This document shows positions 12,013 to 22,098 of a stretch of DNA of 64,000 nucleotides, piece by piece. The notes beneath the pieces were generated by a model that saw nothing but the letters and a program-made list of their open reading frames with translations, ran no database searches and was not told the DNA's origin. The translations under genes were made by a program, and so were the position numbers. The number at the start of each line of letters is the position of its first letter. Position 1 is the stretch's first letter. Origin of the DNA: an uncultured Nitrososphaerota archaeon (GTDB lineage: Archaea; Thermoproteota; Nitrososphaeria; Nitrososphaerales; CADDZS01); the NCBI GenBank assembly GCA_963799845.1, contig CAWCYI010000004.1, forward strand, positions 1,984,001 through 2,048,000, given 5' to 3'.

Positions 12013-12101
12013 ATCAATATGCGCGACTTGCTCCCGAAAACTCTGCTGGGAACTATTATGATTTTGGTTCCTTTGAAAGGACTTTTCTTGGTTTCGTATC
12101 C

Positions 12102-14609
12102 TCAATTCATGACTGGTTCAGCATTAGCATTGGACAGAGGATTTACGACACAATAGCTACATAGACAATTGTGCTCCCAAGGAATCGAGATTCTAAAAAA
12201 ACCAAGAAACTGGTTTACTATTCTTAGTGATTTGAGCCCTATCCGCTTTAGTAACGAGCCGAAACGCTCGTCTGAGCGAATATTATCAAGCGGGAAACCT
12301 CCCCTAACAATTATGTACATATACGTAGATCTTTCCGTGTATGCTCGTTCTAACCATTCGAACGCTTTGTCTCTATCACCGAGCGCAGAAAAAGCACATG
12401 CCCAGGTGAACGCGCTAACGTGAGGATAGTTGTTTCTGTCCTGCAGTTCCTCGACAATCTTCCTTCCTTCGGTAACTCGGCCTGCTTTTGTTAGTGCATA
12501 CGCAAGATCTAATTGGCCATATGCGTCCTTCCCATGACTGAGTTCGATAGCCTTCTGAATTTCTGCAATTCCTTCACTAAGCATTCCTTTTTGCACATAC
12601 GTTAATCCAAGATTGTCATGTGCATTTGCGACAGTAGGATCTAGACTTATTACTTTCTTGAATTGTTCTATCGCCTCGTCGTAATGGCCAGCATACATTA
12701 GCGCGTTCGCTGCCACAGTCAGAGTATCTGTTGACAAGGGATCCAATTCTAGAGACCTTTTGATCTCTGTAAATGCTTCAGGAAATCTACTTTCATCGCC
12801 ATGGTAGATTGTCCAAATTGCATGATAGACATATGCCCTTGCAAAATTCGGGTTCAGCTCAATAGACCGACGGAATTCATATTCAGCGGCGTCGAAATCC
12901 CAGTCATAATTCAGATGTATCTGAGCCATCGACAGATGAGCGTCTGGAAGCATATTGTCGATTTCCAATGCTCTGATAGCGAATTGCTTTGCTTTCAGTC
13001 CTGCTTCATCTCTCGTTATGTAACTCCAAGCACCTAAGTACCAATAAGAGTCAGCGAGCCCGACAAATGCCAAAGAGAAGGACGAATCTTGTTCTATCGC
13101 TAGTTGGAAGTATTCTATTGCACTTTCAAATTCCTTTCCAGCCAGTTTGTTGAAATGGAACCTTCCTTTGAGATATAGAGTGTATGCTTCTTGGCTTTTC
13201 GTCGGGACCTTTTCGATGATTTCTTTTTCTTTAGGCAGAAGTCTGATCTTCAATGCCTTTGCAACGCTTGTTGAAATTTCGCTTTGGATTGCGAATACGT
13301 CCTGAAGCTCTCTGTCATAGGTTTCCGACCACATATGTTCATCTGTCTTTGCGTCTATCAATTGAACAGCGATTCTCAACCTATTCCCAACTTTTCGAAC
13401 ACTTCCTTCAAGCAAGTTCTCAGCCTGTAATTCCTGCCCAATCTCTGTAGTATTCTTGCTCGTTGCCTTGTACCGCATGATTGAAGTTCTTGAAATTACT
13501 CTCAGGCCATGTATCTTCGATATTGAAGAGATCAGTTCCTCAGTCATTCCGTCTGCGAAATATTCATCTTTAGGATCGGGGCTGATGTTGGCGAACGGCA
13601 GGACTGCAATTCGGTTTTTCCCAGAGATCGTTTCGATCGCATGCTTTTCTTCAAGTTTAGAAATCTCCAATTTTGCGTTTGATGGTTTGATTACTACTTG
13701 ATCGTCCTCTAATCTAACGAAGCTGTTGACAAACTCGTTTCTCAATGGACCCGTGCTGGTCCAAAACTCCTTGTTCTCAGGATCGCCAGCATCGAACAAG
13801 TAATCGAATTTGACCCTCTCCTCCGCAAGGGGCATGCGTTCAATGCAACGAACGGCGAGCTGACGAATCTGACGCGCACTCTTTAGTTGAGGATTAAGCG
13901 CGACGTAGAATAGTACCAGTTTTTCAACTTCGTCTATCTGACGGCCATATTCCCTCGCTGCATTCAGGAACTGGGTTGATACCACGAGAAGTCTATCGCC
14001 AAGTCCAAGCCCTTCAATTACAAAATCGTTTCTCGGTGGAATCCTGCTCAAGAGATCTATTCCCTTAGGGCGTTTAGCTATGTTCTCTTTCATTCCTGAA
14101 AGGGAATTTCCAGAGCTACCTGCGAGAATGAAGCAAGTTCGGAAAATCTTTCTATTTGCGGGTGGTTCTAGGGAAGGAAGTAGAGCTTCATACGGCCATG
14201 ATTCCGTTGGTTTTGAATCTACCTCATCGATGAAGACCAACCGAGGTTTGTCCAGTTTTTCGATTTCAGATAAAGCTCTGCGAAAATCTTGCTCACTCAT
14301 TTGAGCCAAGTTGAGCTCCATGTAGTGAATATGATCACCCATCGACCTCGCAATTTCTTGGATGAAAAATGACTTCCCGCTGCCTGGAGGCCCCCATATG
14401 AGATAATTATCACATCCAAAAGGTTGCGAACTGAGGCTCGAAACGATTCTTTGTTTCGTATCTTTCATCGAATTTCTTGCGGGCTCATCGAACCTTACGA
14501 ACCCTCCAACAACTCGAAACTTTGGAAGATCAATGCTGTATAATTCACGTACGAGACGAATCGCGTCTTGTTCTGATGAAAGAGATGAAGCAGACTTCGA
14601 TTCTTCCAA
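12102..14609 (-). CDS. AAA-type ATPase + TolB_N-like (IAVLPFANISPDPKDEYFADGMTEELI) + TPR protein
   Basis: Walker A GPPGSGKS, Walker B VFIDEVD, TolB-like domain, TPR array, typical RSDERF..LLKRIGL end; last ~40 aa may be a spurious extension. Confidence 0.88.
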   Translation of the reverse strand: MEESKSASSLSSEQDAIRLVRELYSIDLPKFRVVGGFVRFDEPARNSMKDTKQRIVSSLSSQPFGCDNYLIWGPPGSGKSFFIQEIARSMGDHIHYMELNLAQMSEQDFRRALSEIEKLDKPRLVFIDEVDSKPTESWPYEALLPSLEPPANRKIFRTCFILAGSSGNSLSGMKENIAKRPKGIDLLSRIPPRNDFVIEGLGLGDRLLVVSTQFLNAAREYGRQIDEVEKLVLFYVALNPQLKSARQIRQLAVRCIERMPLAEERVKFDYLFDAGDPENKEFWTSTGPLRNEFVNSFVRLEDDQVVIKPSNAKLEISKLEEKHAIETISGKNRIAVLPFANISPDPKDEYFADGMTEELISSISKIHGLRVISRTSIMRYKATSKNTTEIGQELQAENLLEGSVRKVGNRLRIAVQLIDAKTDEHMWSETYDRELQDVFAIQSEISTSVAKALKIRLLPKEKEIIEKVPTKSQEAYTLYLKGRFHFNKLAGKEFESAIEYFQLAIEQDSSFSLAFVGLADSYWYLGAWSYITRDEAGLKAKQFAIRALEIDNMLPDAHLSMAQIHLNYDWDFDAAEYEFRRSIELNPNFARAYVYHAIWTIYHGDESRFPEAFTEIKRSLELDPLSTDTLTVAANALMYAGHYDEAIEQFKKVISLDPTVANAHDNLGLTYVQKGMLSEGIAEIQKAIELSHGKDAYGQLDLAYALTKAGRVTEGRKIVEELQDRNNYPHVSAFTWACAFSALGDRDKAFEWLERAYTERSTYMYIIVRGGFPLDNIRSDERFGSLLKRIGLKSLRIVNQFLGFFRISIPWEHNCLCSYCVVNPLSNANAEPVMN

Positions 14610-14748
14610 TTAAATGAACGCGACTTGAGGACGAAATTTGAGCGTCATCTATTATTATTTTGGTTCCTTTGACAGGGCAAAACCGATCCTAGATCGTTTG
14701 AAATTCTCAGCACTTGAGTTATGAATTCTAGCAGGTCGTCGGGCTCAA

Positions 14749-15213
14749 CTAAGAATCAACTACTTCTGATGCATTCTTGGCGAATAGATGCCCCGTTGTG
14801 TCATCCCTTTCTCGCCATAGAACGTTGATGATTTTCCACTTACCGTTGAACTTGGCTAACCCAATGTAATCGATTCCCCAACTCGCCTCTGTTCTCACTA
14901 TGGCCATGTCCTTATACCGATCAAGAATTGTCATATCTTCCTGGCGCTGAGCAACAGGAGTTCGCTTGACACGAGCTTTCCTATCGCCCCATCCGCCCTG
15001 GGTGTCGCGAATAAGCTTCGAGGCGGTTAACTCGTACATTTTTGTTCGCCCAGTCTTGGGGTCAGTCCAAACCATTCGCTTGACAAGCCTGGGGTGCAAC
15101 GCACGCTTCATACGGGATCCTTCCCACGTGTAACATGATTCGACGTAATCGAGGACTGTCTTTCGTATTGCATATGCTTCGGAGTCCTCCAAAGCGGAAG
15201 AAGTGAGAGCCAT
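14749..15213 (-). CDS. NTF2-like (putative lumazine-binding family) protein
   Basis: AIRKTVLDYVE, MKRALHP and DYIGLAKFNGKWKIINVLW motifs. Confidence 0.8.
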   Translation of the reverse strand: MALTSSALEDSEAYAIRKTVLDYVESCYTWEGSRMKRALHPRLVKRMVWTDPKTGRTKMYELTASKLIRDTQGGWGDRKARVKRTPVAQRQEDMTILDRYKDMAIVRTEASWGIDYIGLAKFNGKWKIINVLWRERDDTTGHLFAKNASEVVDS

Positions 15214-15967
15214 CGAGACCGCGAATGAGTGCGACTATAAAAAAGATTCCAGAGAAATTGAACTCTTACGAAAGTTGCTGATTGAGGATCGTCACAGAAA
15301 GAAACTCTAGTTAAGCAAGAGCAAGCCCCAGTGCCCAACAATTGTCGTAGCAGAAAGTGAATATCTCGAAGTAGATGTACGATCAGAGAGTTTCCCATTA
15401 GACTTTCTCATGATGCTTGTCCTTCATGTGACCATCCGAGAACATTGGGTTTATCTTGCCTTTACAAAGGCTGCAAACGTAAATGTTCCCATCTCTGCTC
15501 GTGTCAAATAGCTCGAAGTGTTGTTGCAATGACAAGTTCACAACTTCTGTAGCAAGAAATTTCTTTCCTAACTTTGAAAAGCGCTTCTTCGTCTCGAATG
15601 TGCAAATATCCTCCTTGAAAGAACTTGGACGACTCAGAACGATTTTTGGGGATCTTGGTGGAATAAAGAGTTCGTCCAAGGGCTCGGCTCAGAAATTCAC
15701 AGTTTCACGTGTTTTACCAGCTTTGAAAAAAACCGCGTGTACTGATAAGGAAGGATTAGAAACTATCCGGAGATTCATGGATAACCTGGACGAATTTCCA
15801 TTTCTTGTGACAATTGTCAAGGACCAGGTAAACTACATGATTGTCGATGGTGAAAAGCACGCCGTGGCATTCTGTGAACATTCTCGGAAAAAACCAAATG
15901 AGGACGAAATCGTTTTCAGGGCATAACTCATTTCTCCAAAGTAAGAGTCACGATGATTTCTAATTTC

Positions 15968-16309
15968 TTACTGGAGAAGGTGATCCGTTTTGGTTGCCAT
16001 GATGAAGTCATTGCGATGCAATCCCTTGATCTTGTGAGTCCACCAAGTAACTGTAACTCTTCCCCATTCTGTTAGTATCGATGGATGATGCCCTTCCTCT
16101 TCTCCTATCTGACCCACCTTGTTTGTAAATGCTAGCGCTTCCGCGAAGTTTTTGAATTTGAACACTTTTTCAAGCCGTTTGATGCCGTCTCTCTCGACTA
16201 TTGACCAACTCACCACCTGTGGCTGAAGCCGAGTGATTTCTTCGGAAGTGACAGTTGGTTCTCCCGCACGACAAGCAGTGCACTTTGTTTGGGAGAGTGG
16301 CTGTTCCAT
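15968..16309 (-). CDS. phhB: Pterin-4a-carbinolamine dehydratase
   Basis: [18 protein letters not shown] and [17 protein letters not shown] motifs. Confidence 0.95.
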   Translation of the reverse strand: MEQPLSQTKCTACRAGEPTVTSEEITRLQPQVVSWSIVERDGIKRLEKVFKFKNFAEALAFTNKVGQIGEEEGHHPSILTEWGRVTVTWWTHKIKGLHRNDFIMATKTDHLLQ

Positions 16310-16708
16310 CGGAGAATAATCCTTCTAAAATAATCATCTTTGGTGCAATTATTAGTTATTCTGGGAAGAATGGTCGATTCTTGACGGTTATCCGCCAGAA
16401 CTCGGGGTCTTTGTCCGTGGAAAACAGATCACTTATCTTCGATATTCCTTAAGGCGATGCCCCGAGGTCCAACTTGACCGTTGTCTTCCAGACTGCTCTC
16501 GCGATGGGAACTAACAAGTCGAGATTTAAGAAAAGCGATCTATGCGAAAATGGTTCCGTTAAACTCTATCGGGATGATTCTCCTTCATGTGCTCATCCCA
16601 AAACATGGGGTTTATCCTTCCTTGGCATAGGCTGCAAACGTAATAATCGCTCGGACCACTTGTATCAAAACGCTCAACGTATTTTGGTAAAGACAAATTA
16701 CTACAGTC

Positions 16709-17632
16709 TTACTTTGAAATGTTGACCTTCGGTTTTCTTGCGACTACAATCGTTGGGACTGGCGGCTCTTCATTTTTCACTGGTGTTTCTTCCAATGATG
16801 AACCTGAATCCAACTGAAGGACACCCTCGCTCATTCCCATAAGCAGCCATAACTTCCCATCTTTTCTTTCGTAAGGATAAATGACCGCAGTGTAGTACTG
16901 GTATCCTCTACCCCACGAGAAAAACGCAACTAAAGCGGTCTGCTTTTCGAGAAGATTTCTAGCGAACTTGTTGACTCTGTTTTTTGATTCACGGACTTTC
17001 TTATCTGGATCAGCTGCGAGCATGTAAACCTCTTTGAAACTGTATTCTGGCACGCGTTCTAATGAAAGATGAGCGTCTTCAGAAACTTCGATCTCGGTAG
17101 TTCGATCGAACGGCTCTATGGCTTCGTCATCTTGCTTGTCAACCACTTGGCTGACTGGAACTTCAGTAAATTTTCCGTTGATCTCCAGGTCATCTCTGAG
17201 AAAGTATCTCCTCTCGGTCTTCGCAAAAACGAGATATTCATTGTCTTTATCGAAACGCACCTTATCCTTCACTTCCTCGTACGGAATCTCTTTGACATCA
17301 AGGCGCTCGCCATTCGGTCCCAAATGATAAGCGAACAACTTCGGAACGTCTTTTGCGATCACTTCGTTTCCAGATTCCTTGTCGACTCTCTTGTACTGGA
17401 CTGGCGTTTGATCGCCATGAATCTTCGCTGCCCTTAGATGATATTGTAACGAGCCTAATCCAAGCTCGGGAACGTTCAAAGTCAAGACACCGCGCCACAA
17501 TGCTCGCGTTGTGACTTTGGCGGAAGCCTTCTCGACTTCAGCGAATACGTCGGTCTGCAAGACTGGAACTGTTACTGTTAGATCTTCTGCGAAATTTAAG
17601 TCGGCCCGTGGACTGTTTCTATCGGAATGCAA
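16709..17632 (-). CDS. Divergent Ku-like (beta-barrel) DNA end-binding protein
   Basis: TRALWRGVL, VQYKRVDKESGNEV, EIEV...FKEVYMLAAD and ALVAFF...AVIYP resemble the prokaryotic Ku blocks in order; real start probably downstream. Confidence 0.55.
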   Translation of the reverse strand: MHSDRNSPRADLNFAEDLTVTVPVLQTDVFAEVEKASAKVTTRALWRGVLTLNVPELGLGSLQYHLRAAKIHGDQTPVQYKRVDKESGNEVIAKDVPKLFAYHLGPNGERLDVKEIPYEEVKDKVRFDKDNEYLVFAKTERRYFLRDDLEINGKFTEVPVSQVVDKQDDEAIEPFDRTTEIEVSEDAHLSLERVPEYSFKEVYMLAADPDKKVRESKNRVNKFARNLLEKQTALVAFFSWGRGYQYYTAVIYPYERKDGKLWLLMGMSEGVLQLDSGSSLEETPVKNEEPPVPTIVVARKPKVNISK

Positions 17633-17701
17633 TCATAGGTAAAACAAACTAGACCCTCTTCTTTCAGGCCAAGTTAACGAGAACAGACTAGCTGGTTTCG
17701 T

Positions 17702-18752
17702 TTAGAACCCATCTGCGTCTCGCTCAACGATTGCGAGGAACCACTTCGGCTTTGCCAGGACGAGGGCAATCGTAAGCAGTATGATCGGAATTATGACGTG
17801 GGCGGAGAAATCGATCCAGAATGTTACGAGGCCCGAGGATCCAGCTAGGGCGCGAATAACCTGAAAATCCCCGAATGGTGAAAGTGCTGGATTAGATACA
17901 AGTGTGAATCTGCCGCCAAGCGTCAGGATGCTGTACATGGAGTACGGAAGGGCGATCACATCTCCACCGATTAGAGCGAGGACCGAAGCTATGGATCCTC
18001 TTATCGCAGCGTCGAAAGTATCACTCTGCTTGTAGATCGTGTACGCAAAGAGAAAGAGGAACAGGTCGTACACTGTTTGAGTTACGTAGTAGAGGATGAA
18101 GGTCAGGATCGGGTTTGTCGCGGAAGCACTCCAAGCCTCATATTGATTGTTCAGTAAGTCAGCTCCATATCGCTGCCATAATCAAGACGACTAGGAGAAG
18201 GTACGCTTTCAGTTGGTCTTGACGCTTTGAGGAATATCCGCCGACGATCTCTATGAACCAATGCGGCTCTGCGATAACTAGGGCCGCGCCCAAGAGTAAA
18301 ATTGGAAAGATCACCTGACTTCCAAAATCATTCCAGAAAGTTACCACGCCAGACGGACCCGCGATGAATCGGATCAACTGATAACCGCCGAAAGGGGTCA
18401 GCAGCGGATTGGGAACGAGTATCAGGGTTCCGCCAAAACTCAGGATGCTGCTGGTTACGTGTGGCAGCGACATAACATCAAGACCAACGAGGGCGAGAAT
18501 CGAGGCAATCGTTCCCCGAATTGCAGATCCTAGAGACTTGTCAGATTTGTACACGTTGTACGCGAACAGGAAGATGAAAAGATCGTAGAGGGGCTGACCG
18601 AAATAATACGCGAGGACAATCAGGATCGAGTTTGTACTTGGAAGCGCACTCCAAAGGACGTAATCATTGTTCAGGACGTACGCAAGAATCGCGGCAGCGA
18701 TGAAGTTCGCGAGAACGAGATAGGCTTTCGCCGCTGTCCTGTTGAACGCCAC
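17702..18752 (-). CDS. Internally duplicated multi-pass membrane protein (split by a 1-bp insertion at ~18160)
   Basis: Two homologous halves (KAYL...NN.Y..WSA...YDLF.FLFAY...AIRG.IAS.LAL...NP.L.PFG); removing one base at AGCT(G)AC joins the ORFs. Confidence 0.75.
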
Positions 18753-18776
18753 AAGATCAAAAACGCTTTTTCTTCC

Positions 18777-19160
18777 ATGCCGAGGAAGCGGGCGCGGTAT
18801 CGTCTTATCGATAGCAAAAGGAACGTTGCGATCCTCTGTGCAATCATCGTCGTAGCAGCGATAGTTGTCTCACTGGCATTTTTCCGAGTCTCATCAACGA
18901 ACAGCTCAAATTGTCAGGTCGAGATTTCGGTCAGCCCTTCCAGTGGCGGATCGGTTAGCTCAGCATCAAGTTTCGCTTGCATCTCGGGCGGAACACCGCA
19001 GAGTCTAGCGATGAGAGCAACGCCGAATCCTGGATATGGATTTCAGAGCTGGACCGTTTCAGGTGGTTATGCCGATTGCGCGACATGCGCCTCGACATAC
19101 GTTTGGGCGGATTCCGGTACGACTGTTATCCAGATGACCGCGAATTTCGCGCCTAACTAG
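18777..19160 (+). CDS. Membrane-anchored InlB-B/Flg_new-like repeat domain protein
   Basis: Basic N-terminus + TM; ATPNPGYGFQSW...MTANF. Confidence 0.7.
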   Translation: MPRKRARYRLIDSKRNVAILCAIIVVAAIVVSLAFFRVSSTNSSNCQVEISVSPSSGGSVSSASSFACISGGTPQSLAMRATPNPGYGFQSWTVSGGYADCATCASTYVWADSGTTVIQMTANFAPN

Positions 19161-19576
19161 CCTTTCCAGAATCCCAAAGCTATCCCGACGAAAAAGAACA
19201 AACCTTCAATCGGGATTAGGATCGAAAAGTCATTGATGATTGTTTGAAGCCCAGAGATTCCAAAACCGAGTAACTGACTGAAAGCCGTTGGGATTGCCAG
19301 TCCAGTAATCAAAATGATCACCACAATTATCACTCCGAAAATTATCAGAGTGATACCTTTCTTCAAGAGGACACCAAAGAAAAGTCCGATTAGGAACGCG
19401 ACGAGGATGGACGCGGCCCACTCTGGAATTGGAATATGCGGCAGCTTCCCCGCCCAAGACGTGAACCAATTTGTGAGCCACTGAATTGCAGTATTGGAGA
19501 TGATGGAGGAACCCGAACTACTCGTCGATGTGCTGGTGCTGTTCGTCGTAGCCACTAGGAAAATTTGGCCGATCAT
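19157..19576 (-). CDS. Small membrane protein, FUN14-like
   Basis: FLIGLFFGVLLKK..LIIFG and C-terminal FFVGIALGFWKG resemble prokaryotic FUN14 proteins. Confidence 0.5.
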   Translation of the reverse strand: MIGQIFLVATTNSTSTSTSSSGSSIISNTAIQWLTNWFTSWAGKLPHIPIPEWAASILVAFLIGLFFGVLLKKGITLIIFGVIIVVIILITGLAIPTAFSQLLGFGISGLQTIINDFSILIPIEGLFFFVGIALGFWKG

Positions 19577-19992
19577 GAATGGATCACTGGAAGGAAGCGA
19601 GCCATCAGGTCCGCTATCAAAGCAAAATTATTGTTCAACACTAAAATCGATAGTCCATTAACAAAAATCAAAACTCCTAGAGCTGCCTCATCATCAGTCA
19701 GACTGTACGGCGTGAGGGCAACGACCGCCCAAGTGATGAAAGCGACCGCACCGATTTCCAGGGACTTAATTCCAATGAGTGTCAAAGCCAATCCGTACTT
19801 CGGGATCAGCCACTCCAGCAAAGGATTCGCCTCTTTGAAACCTGATTGAGTAAGAGCGAAAGCAGTTGTCAATAGGTCGAGGAGCTGCAAAGCGATGAAA
19901 ATTCCGAGGACCAACGAGAGGCTGATTTGCAACTCTTTCCTCTCGGATCTGGCTGGCTTTCGATGGCGGGAGCTCTGGAATTGCCGTGGCAC
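19573..19992 (-). CDS. DUF5658-like membrane protein
   Basis: LLDLLTT...GFKEANPLL motif with 4 TMs. Confidence 0.7.
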   Translation of the reverse strand: MPRQFQSSRHRKPARSERKELQISLSLVLGIFIALQLLDLLTTAFALTQSGFKEANPLLEWLIPKYGLALTLIGIKSLEIGAVAFITWAVVALTPYSLTDDEAALGVLIFVNGLSILVLNNNFALIADLMARFLPVIHS

Positions 19993-20013
19993 AATCTAAA
20001 AACTCAAAAATTG

Positions 20014-20022
20014 TGTCGGACA
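20014..20022. promoter_or_regulatory. TGTCGGACA variant of the upstream motif
   Basis: Lies between divergent starts at 19992 and 20051. Confidence 0.5.
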
Positions 20023-20050
20023 ATCCGAAAAAGACTTTTTTCAGTTAAGT

Positions 20051-21145
20051 ATGCCCTACAAGAAGCAGTATCATCTAGCTTCCAGTAAGAGAACAATGGC
20101 GGTCATCACAATCGGTGTAGTCGCGATTGCAATAATTGTAGCCTCGCTTTTCTTTTTCATTGCCCCGAATGGAGACTGTACATTGGCGTTGAGCGCGAAT
20201 CCCAGATCGGGAAATGCGCCACTTGTCGTTACTATCGTACTGACTGAGCAAACGTGTAACGGTGGAAATGAGCTCCCGATTACTTTCAAGCTGAATACCA
20301 ATATGATATTCGACACCTCTCAGAGCGAATTCGTAGCTCAGCCTGGCAATCAATTCATCGAGCAGACTGTAAGTGCGGCCTCGGCCACTTTCCAAGTAAC
20401 ACTTTCGACAGCGCAGACATGGAACCCCGTGGGCATGTCGACTGATAACGGCGGTAGAGTAGCCAACGTTGAAGGCGGAACGATTCAGGTCGGGTCCACA
20501 TCCACATCAAGCACAACATCTGTATCGAGTTCGTCGTCTGCCGCTGTATCATCGTCATCGTCATCGTCATCGGCAGCGTCCAGTCAAACTCAGGGCTTGT
20601 CGATCACTTCACTTAGCCCTAATGGAATTGGCGGAACATCCAGTTTTCCAGTGGGATCTACAGTCTCATTTGGAGTAACAGTTAGCGGCGGGCAACAGCC
20701 TTACTCGTACGCATGGAGCTTCGGTTATGGAGGTACTTCGGCTACGGCCCAGAGCCCAACATTTTCCTATCCATCGCCAGGAACGTTCACAGCTCAGGTG
20801 ATTGTTACAGACGCTACGGGAAAAGCGGTTGCTGCGACTGAGACATTCGACGTAACACCGACAGGCGCGGCCTCGACCGTGAGCCAGCAGCAGATTGTTT
20901 CCTCAACGCAAAGCACACAATCAGTAACAACAATCGTGATGACTGTTTCGAGCAACGTAACGAGCGTCATTAGCTCTAATGGACAACAGCAGACAATCAC
21001 TTATGGCACAACTTACGTAACATCTTCGACCTCGCAGATCTCACAGGGAATCGCAGCGGGTACCGAGTCGTTGATCGCCTTCCTCGTAGTGGTTTTCGCA
21101 GCAGTTATCGGCGCGACGATTCTTTCTAGGCGGAAGAAATTCTAG
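20051..21145 (+). CDS. PKD-domain surface protein, N- and C-terminal TM
   Basis: PYSYAWSFGYG...PTFSYPSPGTFTAQVIVTDATG; Ser-rich linkers. Confidence 0.85.
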   Translation: MPYKKQYHLASSKRTMAVITIGVVAIAIIVASLFFFIAPNGDCTLALSANPRSGNAPLVVTIVLTEQTCNGGNELPITFKLNTNMIFDTSQSEFVAQPGNQFIEQTVSAASATFQVTLSTAQTWNPVGMSTDNGGRVANVEGGTIQVGSTSTSSTTSVSSSSSAAVSSSSSSSSAASSQTQGLSITSLSPNGIGGTSSFPVGSTVSFGVTVSGGQQPYSYAWSFGYGGTSATAQSPTFSYPSPGTFTAQVIVTDATGKAVAATETFDVTPTGAASTVSQQQIVSSTQSTQSVTTIVMTVSSNVTSVISSNGQQQTITYGTTYVTSSTSQISQGIAAGTESLIAFLVVVFAAVIGATILSRRKKF

Positions 21146-21146
21146 G

Positions 21147-22025
21147 TTGCCCAAGAACTACTTTCTCGAACCTCGCCATAGACGAATGATCATTGTCATA
21201 GTGATCGTGGCAGCGATCCTGATCGGTGGGATCGCGATTGGTAGTTTCCTGATAGTGAACGCGAGCTGGCAATGCGGCCAAGTTCAGCAGGGCAATTTCA
21301 ACGTAGCCTGCACATCCAACCCAACGGGAACTGCGCCGTTCTCTTATGTCTGGAATTTCGGAGATGGATCGGCACTTTCATATTTGCAGAATCCGACTCA
21401 CCAATATTCCTCAGCGGGAACGTACACGATTACCTTACAGATCACTGACGGCAGCGATGCGATCTACAAGAATTCGCAGAGCCTCTGCGTCGCTGATTCA
21501 AACGGGAATTGTCCAACGGTTAGAAGCACGAGCCCTAGTTACTCTGCGACAATCAGCGCGTCCAGCATGAATCCAGTCGTCGGCAGTTTCGTGAATTTCG
21601 ACGCGAACATTCAGGGTGGAGTTTCGCCTTACCTGTACGCCTGGAACATCGCGGGGTCAGCTTCCTCACTTCCAAGCCCGAGTTACCAATTCCAGAATCC
21701 CGGATCTTATCCGGTACAGCTGACTATCGTAGACTCGAAAGGCAATCAGATCAGCAGCAACATCATCTACGTCCTAGTTGGGTCCAGCTCGACCACCTCG
21801 GGACAGAGCTTCCAAGCCAGCACAAGTTCGACAACGAGTTACAACAGCTTCTACCTGACTTCATCAAGCAGCCAGTCCACACAAATCACGACCAGTACGA
21901 CTCAGAGCGTTGCAAGCACCACGAGTACATCTGGCATCAGCAGCGAGGAATTGTTCATAGCTCTATTCGCGGTCGTAATCGGATCTGCCCTCGCCGTGGG
22001 GATAGTGGCGAGCAGAAAACACTAA
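21147..22025 (+). CDS. Two-PKD-domain surface protein
   Basis: YVWNFGDG...NPTHQYSSAGTYTITL; second YLYAWN...PGSYPVQL; TM at both ends. Confidence 0.88.
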   Translation: MPKNYFLEPRHRRMIIVIVIVAAILIGGIAIGSFLIVNASWQCGQVQQGNFNVACTSNPTGTAPFSYVWNFGDGSALSYLQNPTHQYSSAGTYTITLQITDGSDAIYKNSQSLCVADSNGNCPTVRSTSPSYSATISASSMNPVVGSFVNFDANIQGGVSPYLYAWNIAGSASSLPSPSYQFQNPGSYPVQLTIVDSKGNQISSNIIYVLVGSSSTTSGQSFQASTSSTTSYNSFYLTSSSSQSTQITTSTTQSVASTTSTSGISSEELFIALFAVVIGSALAVGIVASRKH

Positions 22026-22052
22026 GCCGAAATACCGCCAATTTGAGCGCGG

Positions 22053-22067
22053 ATTTGTCGTACAAAT
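22053..22067. promoter_or_regulatory. Extended palindromic motif ATTTGT-CGT-ACAAAT
   Basis: Core TGTCGTACA at 22056-22064 ends 35 bp before the ATG at 22099. Confidence 0.6.
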
Positions 22068-22098
22068 TCAGAGATTTGCTTTGTTTTCTGACGGTCAG

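Noticed and set aside
15398-15926. ORFs 15398-15679 and 15483-15926 (weak ParB-like YMIVDGEKH)
   Set aside because: Mutually overlapping, short and with an incomplete motif; cannot choose or support a call.
20531-20575. TCATCG/TCG tandem microsatellite
   Set aside because: Encodes the poly-Ser linker of the PKD protein.
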